Origin: an uncultured virus (IMG/VR IMGVR_UViG_3300040758_000220)
Taxonomy: Duplodnaviria; Heunggongvirae; Uroviricota; Caudoviricetes
IMG/VR virus record: IMGVR_UViG_3300040758_000220
Direction: 5' to 3' (one strand)
DNA: 64,000 nucleotides
Shown here: piece after piece, positions 39,265 to 48,702 of the stretch
How positions within the stretch are numbered: the stretch's first letter is position 1
Layout of the letters: each line of letters starts with the position of its first letter
The notes under the pieces: model-generated
The model's database searches: none
Told to the model about the DNA's origin: nothing
What the model saw: only the letters and a program-made list of their open reading frames with translations
Program-made: the position numbers and the translations under genes

Positions 39265-39488
39265 GTGGTCATGCCCCAGCGCCCGTTGACCGTGGTGCCG
39301 TTATATTCGACGAACGGCGACGCCTTTCGAGCTTCCAGCAGTTTCACGTCGGGCTGTCCCGTGCAAACCGGACAGTAGCGCGGCGCCACCCCGATCGTCG
39401 TAGTGTAGTGCCCGCACGTCCATTGGACCGATGTGCACAGCACCGTCTGTTTCATGCCAGACAGGGAGTCTGAATCGGTGGCGCTCAT
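39261..39488 (-). CDS. Small Zn-ribbon-like protein
   Basis: CGH...CPVC; coupled. Confidence 0.45.
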   Translation of the reverse strand: MSATDSDSLSGMKQTVLCTSVQWTCGHYTTTIGVAPRYCPVCTGQPDVKLLEARKASPFVEYNGTTVNGRWGMTT

Positions 39489-39715
39489 CCGATGAACCGA
39501 ACTTCTATGCGCCGCGCCGGCACCACGATCTGTGCCAGTTCACCAACGGGCGTGTTTGCTGGCGTCAGACCAAGCATGGTCCAGTGACTGTCGAACGCAA
39601 CGGCCGGCGCTCCAAAGGACGGGGGCCACATCGGTAGAATACGGCGCAATTCTGCCTCTTGCGCGACGACCAAATCACGGCACGCATGGGCGCAGAAAGT
39701 ATCGATATCGCTCAC
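39485..39715 (-). CDS. Hypothetical protein
   Basis: Coupled ORF. Confidence 0.45.
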   Translation of the reverse strand: MSDIDTFCAHACRDLVVAQEAELRRILPMWPPSFGAPAVAFDSHWTMLGLTPANTPVGELAQIVVPARRIEVRFIG

Positions 39716-40329
39716 CGCACCCTCACCCGATACCCCGGCTGCTGGGTCTCCAGCGCCGGCACCGACGAAATCTTCGTCCCGACATGCCTTGGATCGGCCG
39801 TGTTCTGCACATGCGCCTCTCTGACCGCCTTCTGGGTCCGCGCCCCCATGTTCGGGAACGGGCCGGAAGAGACCGGTCCCGAGTAGCCTACACCCTGCCC
39901 GCCCTGAAAGCCAAAATATCCTGGGGGGGCGCTTTCCATCAGCCGGGAGATGTCGTTGTTGACCGGGACATCAGAGGTGTCGCCGGGGCGGAGGCCGTCC
40001 TTCATGTCGCCGAGCTTCATGACCGCGGCGTCCTGAGCGTCGAGACCGAACTGCTCCTGCGCCATCTGGGCGCGAAACTCGGCGCCGGCTTCCATGTCGC
40101 GGTGCAACGTGTCCACGACCCCTCGGATGGACTTGCCGATGTGGGGGAGGGTGAGCGCCGGGGTGGGTTCCTCGCCCTCACTATCCCAGCCGCATTTTGG
40201 ACAGTAGCGTGGCACCGGGTCGGCTTCCAGGTTCGGATGCGCAAGGTGGGTGAACTGGTGCGGCATCCGGAGGATGGGGTTGTGGTGCGCTGGGTTGCCT
40301 TCGCAGGCGAATGTGTAGGCTTTGGTCAT
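39712..40329 (-). CDS. Zn-ribbon (FmdB-like) phage protein
   Basis: YTFAC...H...CPKCG; typical position between terminase and portal. Confidence 0.6.
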   Translation of the reverse strand: MTKAYTFACEGNPAHHNPILRMPHQFTHLAHPNLEADPVPRYCPKCGWDSEGEEPTPALTLPHIGKSIRGVVDTLHRDMEAGAEFRAQMAQEQFGLDAQDAAVMKLGDMKDGLRPGDTSDVPVNNDISRLMESAPPGYFGFQGGQGVGYSGPVSSGPFPNMGARTQKAVREAHVQNTADPRHVGTKISSVPALETQQPGYRVRVR

Positions 40330-40399
40330 AGGGGACTCCGCGGGAAACCGCTGCCTTCAGGCAGCGGAGGGATAGCGGGGCGAGCAACGCTCGCCACAC

Positions 40400-40428
40400 T
40401 TGCTATATATCTGACGGGTGTATAAGAT
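40400..40428 (+). promoter_or_regulatory. Promoter for a probably leaderless tnpA transcript
   Basis: TTGCTA-N17-TAAGAT, with the ATG 5 nt downstream. Confidence 0.5.
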
Positions 40429-40433
40429 GCGGC

Positions 40434-40838
40434 ATGTCCACCGAACCGCGATACAGAACCAGTGCAGGGGCGGTTTTCAGCCTGAAGTATCACCTTGTCT
40501 GGTGCCCGAAATATCGGCGCAAGGTGCTGGTCGCTCCGGTTGACTCCCGCCTCAAGGAACTGATCGTCGAGACAGCCGAAGAACACGGCATGACCGTCCA
40601 CTCGATGGAAGTGATGCCCGACCACGTGCATCTGTTCGTCGAGGCGGACCCGACCTTGTGCGTGGCCGAGATCGTCAACCGGATCAAAGGCCGTTCCAGC
40701 CGTATTCTCCGCCAGGAGTTCGCTTCGCTGCGGTCCCGCCTTCCAACGCTTTGGAGCCGCAGCTATTACGCCGGTTCGGTTGGCGCCATGTCCGAGTCTG
40801 TCGTACGCCGCTACATCGAAGCGCAGAAGGGCGCCTGA
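40434..40838 (+). CDS. tnpA: Y1 HUH transposase TnpA
   Basis: YHLVWCPKYRR, MPDHVHLF (HUH), LWSRSYY, RYIEAQ. Confidence 0.97.
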   Translation: MSTEPRYRTSAGAVFSLKYHLVWCPKYRRKVLVAPVDSRLKELIVETAEEHGMTVHSMEVMPDHVHLFVEADPTLCVAEIVNRIKGRSSRILRQEFASLRSRLPTLWSRSYYAGSVGAMSESVVRRYIEAQKGA

Positions 40839-40841
40839 CCG

Positions 40842-41975
40842 ATGAAGCTCGTCGCCTCCGTTCGTCTGCTTCCGACACCAGAACAAGCCGGTCTTTTGCG
40901 TGCCACGCTTGAACGGTGCAACGCCGCTTGCGATTGGCTGGCGCGGCTTGGCGCGGACACGAAGACTACGCGGCAATACGATCTGCACAAGATCGGTTAC
41001 GCCGAGATGCGCGCCCGCTTTGGTCTCGCCGCGCAGGTTGCCGCGCGGTGCATCGGAAAGGTCGCCGACGCGTTCAAGGTTGGCGATAAAGACGAGCCCC
41101 GCGAGTTCCGGCGCCACGCCGCACAGCCTTACGACGAACGCATTTTTCGGTTCCTGCCTGGACAAGATGCGGTCTCGATCTGGACGATCGCCGGGCGCCA
41201 ACACATTCCGTTCGTCTGCGCCGACGCCCACCGCGAATTGCTGGCGAGCGCCAAGGGACAGGTCGATCTGATGTTCGTCCGCGGCAAGTGGATGCTCGCA
41301 GCGACTTGCGACGTTGAGGAAGCCCCGGTCTACGTTCCGACCGATGTTCGAGGCATCGACCTCGGCGTCGTCAACCTCGCCGTACACGATTTGGGCCGCA
41401 CGTTTACCGGCGCGCAAATCGACAACGTGCGGCGTCGCCAACACTCTCGCCGCCGCGCCTTGCAGAAGGTCGGCACTCGTTCCGCGAAGCGCGCGCTCAG
41501 GCGCGCTTCCGGCAAGCAGGCGCGCTTCCAGCACCACACCAACCACGTCCTGAGCAAAGCGATCGTTCTCGACGCCGAACGCGGCCGATGTGCGGTAGCC
41601 CTCGAAGACCTCGAAGGCATTCACGATCGGGTCCAGGCCAACAGGCGCCAGCGGAGACGATTGCATAACTGGGGCTTCCATGAACTGCGCTGCCTGATCG
41701 AGTACAAGGCGCGGCTGAGGGGAGTTCCAGTCGATCTTGTCGATCCACGCAACACGAGCCGGGAGTGTTCGTGCTGCGGCCTGATCGACAAGCGGAACCG
41801 GCCGAGCCGGGATAAATTCGAGTGCATCGGCTGCGGCGTTGCTGCGCCAGCCGACCACAACGCGGCGGTCAACATCCGGCAACGGGCGCTGACCGCCAGG
41901 GGCATTGTAGTGCCGCCCCAGGTGGCGATCCGGCTTTCCGGTCGTGTCAGCCACGAAGAAAGCTGTCTGCTTTAG
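40842..41975 (+). CDS. tnpB: RNA-guided endonuclease TnpB
   Basis: GIDLG, ALEDL, NTSRECSCCG...CIGCG, ADHNAA; RuvC intact. Confidence 0.95.
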   Translation: MKLVASVRLLPTPEQAGLLRATLERCNAACDWLARLGADTKTTRQYDLHKIGYAEMRARFGLAAQVAARCIGKVADAFKVGDKDEPREFRRHAAQPYDERIFRFLPGQDAVSIWTIAGRQHIPFVCADAHRELLASAKGQVDLMFVRGKWMLAATCDVEEAPVYVPTDVRGIDLGVVNLAVHDLGRTFTGAQIDNVRRRQHSRRRALQKVGTRSAKRALRRASGKQARFQHHTNHVLSKAIVLDAERGRCAVALEDLEGIHDRVQANRRQRRRLHNWGFHELRCLIEYKARLRGVPVDLVDPRNTSRECSCCGLIDKRNRPSRDKFECIGCGVAAPADHNAAVNIRQRALTARGIVVPPQVAIRLSGRVSHEESCLL

Positions 41976-41986
41976 CTGACAGTGCA

Positions 41987-43897
41987 TTACCTCGCACTCC
42001 CCCAACTATTCCGCCGCGCCGCCTGCAACGCCCGCCGCCGGGCCGTCTGCTGCCCGTTCAGGAACGTCTGAAACAGGTTATCACGAAACATCTGGTGCTG
42101 GTCGATGATCGACAGCCTCCGCCGGGCCGTCTCGTACTCGCGGGTGCGCTTGGCGGTGATGAGGCCGCGCCGGGCGCGCTCGTCCCAACACCGCACACCC
42201 AGTGCCAGCGAGAATACGCGATCATCCTTGGCCGATCCCTGCGCCTCGATGGAGTCGCCGTCGCGGGTGATCGTGCGGCATTCCTCCAGCGTCTCCTGCG
42301 ACCGGATGCGCAGCATGCCGTTGTTGGTGAAGTCGCGGAGGCGCTCGAAGATGGCGACCTTCAGTTGCTGCGTGGTTTTCCACATGGCCGCGTGGCCAGG
42401 GGTCATGCTGTCCGAGCGGGTGTAGAAATAGTTGCGCACGTTCTGCTGGATGCGCGCCAACCCGCGCTCCTCACCGGCCTTGCCGAAATACCCGAACCTG
42501 AGTTGCTGGCGCAATGACACGAGTTCCCGCCACGTCGCCTCGCCCGGCCCGTTGATCTCGATGATCCGGTACACCTCGGATTTGTCGCCGGCATACCAGC
42601 CCTCCAGCGAGGCGATCACCCAAGCGAACTGCCGCGAGTCGATCAGCGGCCATGCGTACTCCGCCACCTGGTCGATGCCGTCCGCGAAGCAGCGGAGCAC
42701 CTGGACGGCGGAGCGGTCGTTGTATTCGCTGTGGCCGAAGGCCACGTCCGCAGCGACGACGTAGACGGATTCCTCGACGGGTTCTTCCCAGACTTTTAGC
42801 TGAACACTTTTCTGATTCGGTGCCGGGAAGACACGGAAGTCGGTGAACTCGGTGCCGGTGACATAGCTGTAGGTTTTGTATTTTCTGCTGACATTAGTGT
42901 GCGCCTGCTTCCCGAGAGATTCGCTGTCAAAGAAGACCGCGCCGGTCATCTGCCATGCGTCTTCTTCGGTCCATGGCTGATTTTCGAGTCTGCCTGCATC
43001 GCCCGTGAAGTCCGGCTCCGCATCGCCGTCCACATCGGCAGTCGGGTTCATCTCGCGCCTGATCCACGCGAGTTGTTCGGGCGTGATGTCGTGACCGTAT
43101 TGGGCCTTGACCTGCCGAATCTTTACGATTTCCTCGCGGGTGCAAGGGAAAAGGCCGTATTTAGCGAAGTCGGGGTCGTCTCGGTCGATCTTCTGCGAGG
43201 GGTGGCTCCACCAGCCCGCAAACAAGGTAATACACCTGTGGTCTTTTTTCCCTTCTTCGTACACCTCGTGCCAGTACCCATAGCCTTTAGCGGTCGATTC
43301 ATCAATGAAAAGGCGGTTCGGGTTCGTGCGAGCGAGCGAATGTCGGTATCCTTCCAGCCCAGCGGTGTTGCCATAACTGCAAAGCTCGGAACGGTGGGCA
43401 AACGCAATAGCAGACGAACTACCGAGCGCCTTACCACCCTTGGACTCCTTCACACCAACTGATAGCAGATTGATGCGCGATCGGTTCTCTAGGGATAGGC
43501 TGTATCTATTATCTCGCGCCTTCCGGGGAAACTTGAAACTCTCCGGCATACGCTCCAGCATATCAATAAGCTCCTGGCGGGCCTCATCGAGATGTTGCGC
43601 GGTGTCGAAGAGGAGTGAGCCGGTCATTTCAAAAACACCCAGCCAGAATAGCCCGAGTGCGCGTATAATAGTAGATGATCCTAACTGCCTAGACTTAAGT
43701 ATTTTGAAGTCATGAATGTCTCGCCCAAGTCCCTCGAAGATAGTTTCAATAATCATAACCTGGGCGCCGTACAAGTTCTCACGGCTGAGCGTTATCCATC
43801 CAAGCTCCTTGCTCTTAACCCAAGTATGGGACAGAAACTCGTAGAAGGTCTCCTTCATCCGCTCCGCGTACTCGGGGGACCAGCGTTCGTTAGCCAT
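41987..43897 (-). CDS. terL: Terminase large subunit
   Basis: ILKSRQLGSST Walker A, H.SE Walker B, ESTAKG, nuclease DVAFG...DDRV. Confidence 0.92.
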   Translation of the reverse strand: MANERWSPEYAERMKETFYEFLSHTWVKSKELGWITLSRENLYGAQVMIIETIFEGLGRDIHDFKILKSRQLGSSTIIRALGLFWLGVFEMTGSLLFDTAQHLDEARQELIDMLERMPESFKFPRKARDNRYSLSLENRSRINLLSVGVKESKGGKALGSSSAIAFAHRSELCSYGNTAGLEGYRHSLARTNPNRLFIDESTAKGYGYWHEVYEEGKKDHRCITLFAGWWSHPSQKIDRDDPDFAKYGLFPCTREEIVKIRQVKAQYGHDITPEQLAWIRREMNPTADVDGDAEPDFTGDAGRLENQPWTEEDAWQMTGAVFFDSESLGKQAHTNVSRKYKTYSYVTGTEFTDFRVFPAPNQKSVQLKVWEEPVEESVYVVAADVAFGHSEYNDRSAVQVLRCFADGIDQVAEYAWPLIDSRQFAWVIASLEGWYAGDKSEVYRIIEINGPGEATWRELVSLRQQLRFGYFGKAGEERGLARIQQNVRNYFYTRSDSMTPGHAAMWKTTQQLKVAIFERLRDFTNNGMLRIRSQETLEECRTITRDGDSIEAQGSAKDDRVFSLALGVRCWDERARRGLITAKRTREYETARRRLSIIDQHQMFRDNLFQTFLNGQQTARRRALQAARRNSWGSAR

Positions 43898-44516
43898 TTA
43901 CGGCCCCCGCCAATGCTCGCTCAACCGACCACCCGTACACGTTAACGCGCTGCACCACAGTCCCATAGCGAACGCCAGCAGCGCGCGCCGCTTGTGCCAG
44001 CGTCATCCTCTGGCCCCGATATTCGACGATGCGGTTGGTCCGACGGTTATTGGCTTGCACTTGCCTGTCTGCCCAGATGCAGTTGTCAGGTGTATATCCC
44101 CTCTCGTTATCTTGCCGCTCGATGGTCGAGTCCGCCGTTGGCTTGCGCCCCATATTGACGAGAAAGCGATCATATCCGCTGGGTCCGAGCCATTCCTCGC
44201 AAACGGAGATGCCGCGCGCTCCGTAGTCCGGGTATGACGGGTTCGCGGGGTTGGTGCAGCGCTGAATGATTTTCCGATAGGTATCGTATTCTGGCGAACC
44301 GATGTCTCCGTGTTTGGTGTTTGCTGCCTGGGTTTGCTCGACCATAAAGCAACCGCAACTTTGCGTGTGGCCGGATTTGAGATTGGTGGCAAGAACCACA
44401 GTCTCCCGTCCGCACTCACACTCACAGCGCCACATCCCGTGGCCGTTGGCAGATGAGCCGACATCCTCGGCCACCCGCAACCGACCGAAGGTCTGGTGCA
44501 ACAGATTTGCTTTCAC
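43890..44516 (-). CDS. HNH-type homing endonuclease
   Basis: FGRL...WRCECECG...SCGC, YGARGISVC..W, TIERQDNERGYTPDNCIWA. Confidence 0.88.
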   Translation of the reverse strand: MKANLLHQTFGRLRVAEDVGSSANGHGMWRCECECGRETVVLATNLKSGHTQSCGCFMVEQTQAANTKHGDIGSPEYDTYRKIIQRCTNPANPSYPDYGARGISVCEEWLGPSGYDRFLVNMGRKPTADSTIERQDNERGYTPDNCIWADRQVQANNRRTNRIVEYRGQRMTLAQAARAAGVRYGTVVQRVNVYGWSVERALAGAVNG

Positions 44517-44782
44517 CGCCTCCCCCCACCAAACCCGAACCCCCCAGCCTGGGCCTGCTGGTTAGCCTCCAATTCCGCCAGCGCGATTTCGGATTTCGTT
44601 TTGACTATGGACCAGAAGCTCGCCTCATTCGCCGCCTCGTCGATCATCAGCGTCGCCCACACCTTGCCGCCCGGGTCCACGATGACGAACGCGCCCGCGA
44701 ACCCGTTGTCGCGGTTCGTGTCGATCTTGCCCGCCATCGCGCGGAACGGGGCGGCGTGGTCGGGGGTGGGGAGGTCGCTCAT
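44513..44782 (-). CDS. Hypothetical phage protein
   Basis: Coupled ORF. Confidence 0.55.
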   Translation of the reverse strand: MSDLPTPDHAAPFRAMAGKIDTNRDNGFAGAFVIVDPGGKVWATLMIDEAANEASFWSIVKTKSEIALAELEANQQAQAGGFGFGGGRR

Positions 44783-45138
44783 GCGACGCTCGCCGGCACT
44801 TCGCAGAGATCGGGCGACGTGAGGGCAGCCTCCTTGCTCGGATAGATCAGCGTCTCCCCGCCCCGCATCACCTGATACGCCTCTGCCCCGAACGGGTGAC
44901 GCCGCGGCCCTGCCACCAGTTGCTGCAACTCCGCAGCCGACTTAGGCCGCGCGGCGTCCTTGGAGAGCGCGAGCCACGCTTCATCCTTCCACTGGCCGGC
45001 GACGACGTAGGGGGGGAGATCAGTGGCATTGGGTCGGAACGGCCGATCGCACTTGCCGCAGGTGAACTCGGTAAGCACGATCTCGTGCTCGGTGATGTCG
45101 CCGCAATGCGGGCACTCAACCAGCGTGGTCTCGCTCAT
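44779..45138 (-). CDS. Zn-ribbon protein
   Basis: CPHC...CGKC. Confidence 0.55.
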   Translation of the reverse strand: MSETTLVECPHCGDITEHEIVLTEFTCGKCDRPFRPNATDLPPYVVAGQWKDEAWLALSKDAARPKSAAELQQLVAGPRRHPFGAEAYQVMRGGETLIYPSKEAALTSPDLCEVPASVA

Positions 45139-45800
45139 AACCCATTCACCTTCAAAAACTCCCGGCAAACCCCCGGCTCCGCGTGCGTGATCCAGTCGAT
45201 CCCGTTCGGATATACCACCCTCATGTTCCGGGCGGTAATCTGCCTGAGATCGTTCCGCAACCCCCTGAGCGGCAGGGTGAATAGGTCCTCCCGCACCAGC
45301 CGCTCCAGCTTGACCTCCGGCCAGTCGTCTGGCTTCAGGCTCTGCCAGTCGTAGCGCCGGATCAGGTCGGCCTCGCGGATGAACGGCACGGCGATGAACA
45401 TCAGGGCCGTCTCGATGAACTGGTGCGGGTAGGCCATCGGCGCGGCCACCTTAACCCCCGAACGGGCCATCCTGTCCAGCGTGGGCGCCGCTGGCCGGGC
45501 GAGCAACAAGTCGGTCTCGACGTGCACCACCCAGTCATAGCCACCCTCCACGGCCCGTTGCAGGCCCGCGCAGAAGGCCCGCCCCCAGCCGTCGCGGCCC
45601 GTCTTGGTCAGGTGGCCGATGTTGTCACCGAGTTGCAGAACCTGGGCACGTCCGGTGTCGGGGAGGTCGGGCGAGGCGCTGTCTACCACCAGGATGTCGG
45701 CGTCAGGGTTCAATCGGGTTACGAGGTCGAGCCATTGCCCGAACAGGTAGCGGGCGGGCTGACCTTCACAATACGATGTACCAAAAATGAGAACCCTCAT
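45135..45800 (-). CDS. Glycosyltransferase (GT-A)-like protein
   Basis: ILVVDSASP, NIGHL...GWGRA...G, VHVETD (DxD-like). Confidence 0.6.
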   Translation of the reverse strand: MRVLIFGTSYCEGQPARYLFGQWLDLVTRLNPDADILVVDSASPDLPDTGRAQVLQLGDNIGHLTKTGRDGWGRAFCAGLQRAVEGGYDWVVHVETDLLLARPAAPTLDRMARSGVKVAAPMAYPHQFIETALMFIAVPFIREADLIRRYDWQSLKPDDWPEVKLERLVREDLFTLPLRGLRNDLRQITARNMRVVYPNGIDWITHAEPGVCREFLKVNGL

Positions 45801-46501
45801 ACGAGCTGTCCCCACCCATGCCCCCGCAGGAACGCCTCATACTCCCTCCGGTCGGCGTGCGTCAGCCAGTCCAGGCGCCCGCACTCCTCATGGGATACCC
45901 GGCTATCGTTCATCCGGGTGCCGCGATAGCCGAGCATGTGGACCGCGCCATCCGTCAGGTCCATCAGCTTGCGTTCCGGGCACGGATGGCCGTCGCACAC
46001 CGGACGGGCGGCGCGCCAGTCGTACCGCTCCACGAACCGTGACTCCCGCAGCCACGCCACATCGGCGAAGAACAGGTCGCTCTCGCGAAACCCGCGCGCC
46101 GGCGTGAGGGTCTGAGCGAAGTGCTTGCCGGCCGCGCGCATCGCGGCGATCGGCTCGGCAACCGAACGGGCGAACAGAAGGTCAGTCTCGATGAAGGCGA
46201 CCGAGTCGTAATCCTGGGCAATGGCTTGCTCGATCCCGGCGCACATGCCCCGCCCCCAGCCGTCGCCGGGCAGTTCGCCGGGCTTCTCCGCAAGGTGGCC
46301 GATGTTGTCAGGAAAGCGATGGACGATCACGTCGTCGGTCACATCGGGCAGCATCGGAGAGGCCGCGTCGAACACCACGATGTCATTGTCGGGGTTGAGG
46401 CGGCGTGTGAGGCGCGCCCAGTGTTGGACGAGCCAAGCACGTTCGGGGGTGGCGCAAAAACAGCCGCCATAGATCAGCGTCCTCTCAGGCATTTTTAACA
46501 T
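45797..46501 (-). CDS. Glycosyltransferase (GT-A)-like protein, paralogue of the neighbour
   Basis: IVVFDAASP, NIGHL...GWGRG, FIETD, RYDW, DWLTHA shared with the neighbour. Confidence 0.6.
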   Translation of the reverse strand: MLKMPERTLIYGGCFCATPERAWLVQHWARLTRRLNPDNDIVVFDAASPMLPDVTDDVIVHRFPDNIGHLAEKPGELPGDGWGRGMCAGIEQAIAQDYDSVAFIETDLLFARSVAEPIAAMRAAGKHFAQTLTPARGFRESDLFFADVAWLRESRFVERYDWRAARPVCDGHPCPERKLMDLTDGAVHMLGYRGTRMNDSRVSHEECGRLDWLTHADRREYEAFLRGHGWGQLV

Positions 46502-46504
46502 TTA

Positions 46505-46732
46505 TCACTCCTCCGACAGATAGCGGTGTGGGTAGAATTTTTTTACGTCCGCCGTCAGCGCCTTGCCGACGGACCATGCGTTCATCGTGGCGTCGGCAAC
46601 GGCCGGCGGGACACCGCTGTAGATGCTGGTCTTGCCGGTGTCTTGCCACTGGACGTGTAGTTCCTTTGTCTCGGCGTCGTAACCTATGCGCCCGACATGA
46701 CTCGAATAGACGTCACGCATCACTGGTGGCAT
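46505..46732 (-). CDS. KTSC domain protein
   Basis: V.SS.V..IGYD.....L.V.W......Y.GVP........A.SVGK. Confidence 0.85.
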   Translation of the reverse strand: MPPVMRDVYSSHVGRIGYDAETKELHVQWQDTGKTSIYSGVPPAVADATMNAWSVGKALTADVKKFYPHRYLSEE

Positions 46733-46988
46733 CCTGCGCCTCCCACCCCCTCACCCAGGCCGCCTGCGCGTCCGGCGAGGCGAACAGCGGCTCGAACCAC
46801 ATGCCGATGCTGCCGCACGCTTCTTCATCGGCCCGCATCTCAGCCATCGTGTGGTGGCGGATTTCGGGCGGGTCTCCCGGAGGATGCTTGCTCGTGGGAT
46901 GCAAGCAGCCGGCCGCCAACACTCGTCCGTCATCCTGCCGGCCGGCGTGCCGGCAGTTCCGACAGTCCCGCCACGACCTATCCTTCAT
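46713..46988 (-). CDS. Cys-rich hypothetical protein
   Basis: CRNCRH...C.HP...R....CG..G.WF. Confidence 0.55.
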   Translation of the reverse strand: MKDRSWRDCRNCRHAGRQDDGRVLAAGCLHPTSKHPPGDPPEIRHHTMAEMRADEEACGSIGMWFEPLFASPDAQAAWVRGWEAQDATSDA

Positions 46989-47247
46989 CTTCCACCTCCC
47001 CTTCGATCGTCACCCCGTCGAATGCGCTCGGCGGGCGTGTCTCGCGGATCATGGTGCGCAGTTCGCCATCCTCGAAAGCCGCCAGGGCTTCCTGCCCGGC
47101 CGGGGTGCGGCGGTAGTATTGCCCGGAGAGGTGGCGCGCGTAGCCTTTGGCGGTCAGGCCCTTGGCGATGTCCTCCCAATCGCCGAGGGCGAGGAAGTCG
47201 CCGGCGGCCATGACTTCCAGGCAGGTGGCTTCCTTGTCACTCAACAT
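46978..47247 (-). CDS. Small winged-helix-like protein
   Basis: L.AKGY......Y..T.AG..AL. Confidence 0.5.
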   Translation of the reverse strand: MLSDKEATCLEVMAAGDFLALGDWEDIAKGLTAKGYARHLSGQYYRRTPAGQEALAAFEDGELRTMIRETRPPSAFDGVTIEGEVEDEG

Positions 47248-47400
47248 AGATATCCGGGAGTTTCCCGTCCTCTGCGCGAGGCCACAGAACGATGTCGCCG
47301 TTGCCGCGCACGGCGTAGAGGCATGGATGGCCGCGAATCAGGTCGTCGGCGCCTTCCTTCGTGAACCCGTCGATCATCGTTTCGTCCACCCGGATCAGCC
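47237..47400 (-). pseudogene. 3' half of a phage gene split by IS1595 element 1
   Basis: In frame with 51488-51691 once the element and one target duplication are removed (...HRLI RVDETMIDG...IYVE*). Confidence 0.7.
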
Positions 47401-47469
47401 CGGACTTATGGCGCAAGTGTCTAAGGAAACCTCTAGTCCCTGACTGCGACTCTTCCTACCATATACGGT

Positions 47470-47922
47470 ATGGAAAATCCAGACATCATCGCCGCCCTAC
47501 TCGCCAAGCGAGCCGAGATCGGCAAGGCAATCGCAGACCTGCAACGCCAGGAACGCAAGCGCAAGGCCGAGATGGTCCAGCTTGACGCGACCATCAAGCT
47601 GTTCGCCCCAAGCGTCACGCTGGCCAAGCGCGAGGCGACCAAGTTCGCCCGATCGGTGCATTTCGTGGTGGGGGAGCTATCCCGCCGCTGCAACCAGGCC
47701 CTCCGTGAGGCCAATGGGCAGCCAATCACGGCGGATATGCTGGCGGTGGCCGCGATGCGGGAGAAAGGTCTGGACTTGGGCGACGGGGAACTGCGGCAGG
47801 ACATCGGGCGCCGGTTCTTGTGGACCTTGGCCAGGATGCTGCCGCGCAAGGGTGTGGTCAGGGACGGGTACGGGGCTGGGGCTGGGTGGACGCTGCCTGA
47901 AGTTCAACGGCACGACGGCTAA
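47470..47922 (+). CDS. Coiled-coil plus winged-helix-like accessory protein
   Basis: L.AKRAEI...I.......LDATIKLF; F..GEL.R....LREA; similar to 62946-63362. Confidence 0.7.
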   Translation: MENPDIIAALLAKRAEIGKAIADLQRQERKRKAEMVQLDATIKLFAPSVTLAKREATKFARSVHFVVGELSRRCNQALREANGQPITADMLAVAAMREKGLDLGDGELRQDIGRRFLWTLARMLPRKGVVRDGYGAGAGWTLPEVQRHDG

Positions 47923-48354
47923 TATTTTTTTTGACACCGGCTGGCACGGTAGCGAGGACATCGTTCCCGGCGCGAGTCGGGCATCAAGATACAGTGCCGC
48001 AAGTGGGTCCAGGTGGACCGATGGCACAACATATAGCAGAAGGGGCATTCTTTCGGTCGAGTCGGCCGGCGCCCCGCGAAAGATTGTGTCGGGGCTGGAC
48101 AAAAACCGGCGTCCCTCACAAAATTTGTTGACAACTAGCAGATACCACCCCGAGTATCCTTTTCCACACAAGGTGGCCCCTTTCAATGGCTTCCTGAGGG
48201 AGGTTCTCATTGGACATGAGGATGGGCGCGTATGCCCGATGTCTGCCCGATGAGAAGCGCCCGCTGCGTGCCGTCGCGCTAGTGTGTTCCCGCCCTTCGG
48301 CGAATTCACGAGCAACCTCCGCTCGCCGTAACCATTCTTAACGGTAGATCGGGT

Positions 48355-48702
48355 ATGTCGGGAAGTGGAGGGGCCGGCAGCGGCCAGCGCACACATGGTC
48401 CATATCACAGGATACACACTCCCAGCCAGACCGAGCAGACGGCGCGCCTCCAGTTTGCCAGCGGTCAGGTATGGGGGCGCGAGGCAAAATGGAGTTCGCT
48501 TCTCTCCGTCAAAGCTTACCGGGGGCCGCTACCCCCGACGGACGAGGGCATCGAGTTCTACACCGATGTCCAACCCTCCCCAGGGCAACACCCTTCTGAC
48601 GTGTTCTGGTACGCCGGCACCCCTGGTGTCACCGTGGCGCCGATCGACGGTCGCGACTTCGCCATCATTACGGTGCGAATCACCACGTACCGATATCTGT
48701 AG
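48355..48702 (+). CDS. Small cargo protein, possible toxin
   Basis: YHR...VKAY.GPL....GIEF.TDV.P; abuts an acidic partner ORF. Confidence 0.5.
   Translation: MSGSGGAGSGQRTHGPYHRIHTPSQTEQTARLQFASGQVWGREAKWSSLLSVKAYRGPLPPTDEGIEFYTDVQPSPGQHPSDVFWYAGTPGVTVAPIDGRDFAIITVRITTYRYL

Larger units (their letters stand above)
40330..41990 (+). mobile_element. Complete IS200/IS605-family element
   Basis: Left-end hairpin CCGCTGCC-TTCA-GGCAGCGG; right-end hairpin ending ...TGCATTAC; removing 40330-41990 restores an ATGA gene overlap; no target duplication. Confidence 0.88.

Noticed and set aside
35335..41975. TnpBs as nuclease-dead regulators or Cas12 effectors
   Set aside because: Both retain the RuvC D/E/D residues and IS right ends; no CRISPR array is adjacent.
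40326..42005. 559-aa minus-strand ORF, and similar long ORFs such as 17649-18713, 21190-22590 and 29062-31092
   Set aside because: Shadow or alternative frames of real high-GC genes with no recognisable motifs.
47923..48354. A second tRNA at the equivalent position in transposon 1
   Set aside because: No T-loop (TTCGA) or cloverleaf could be built.
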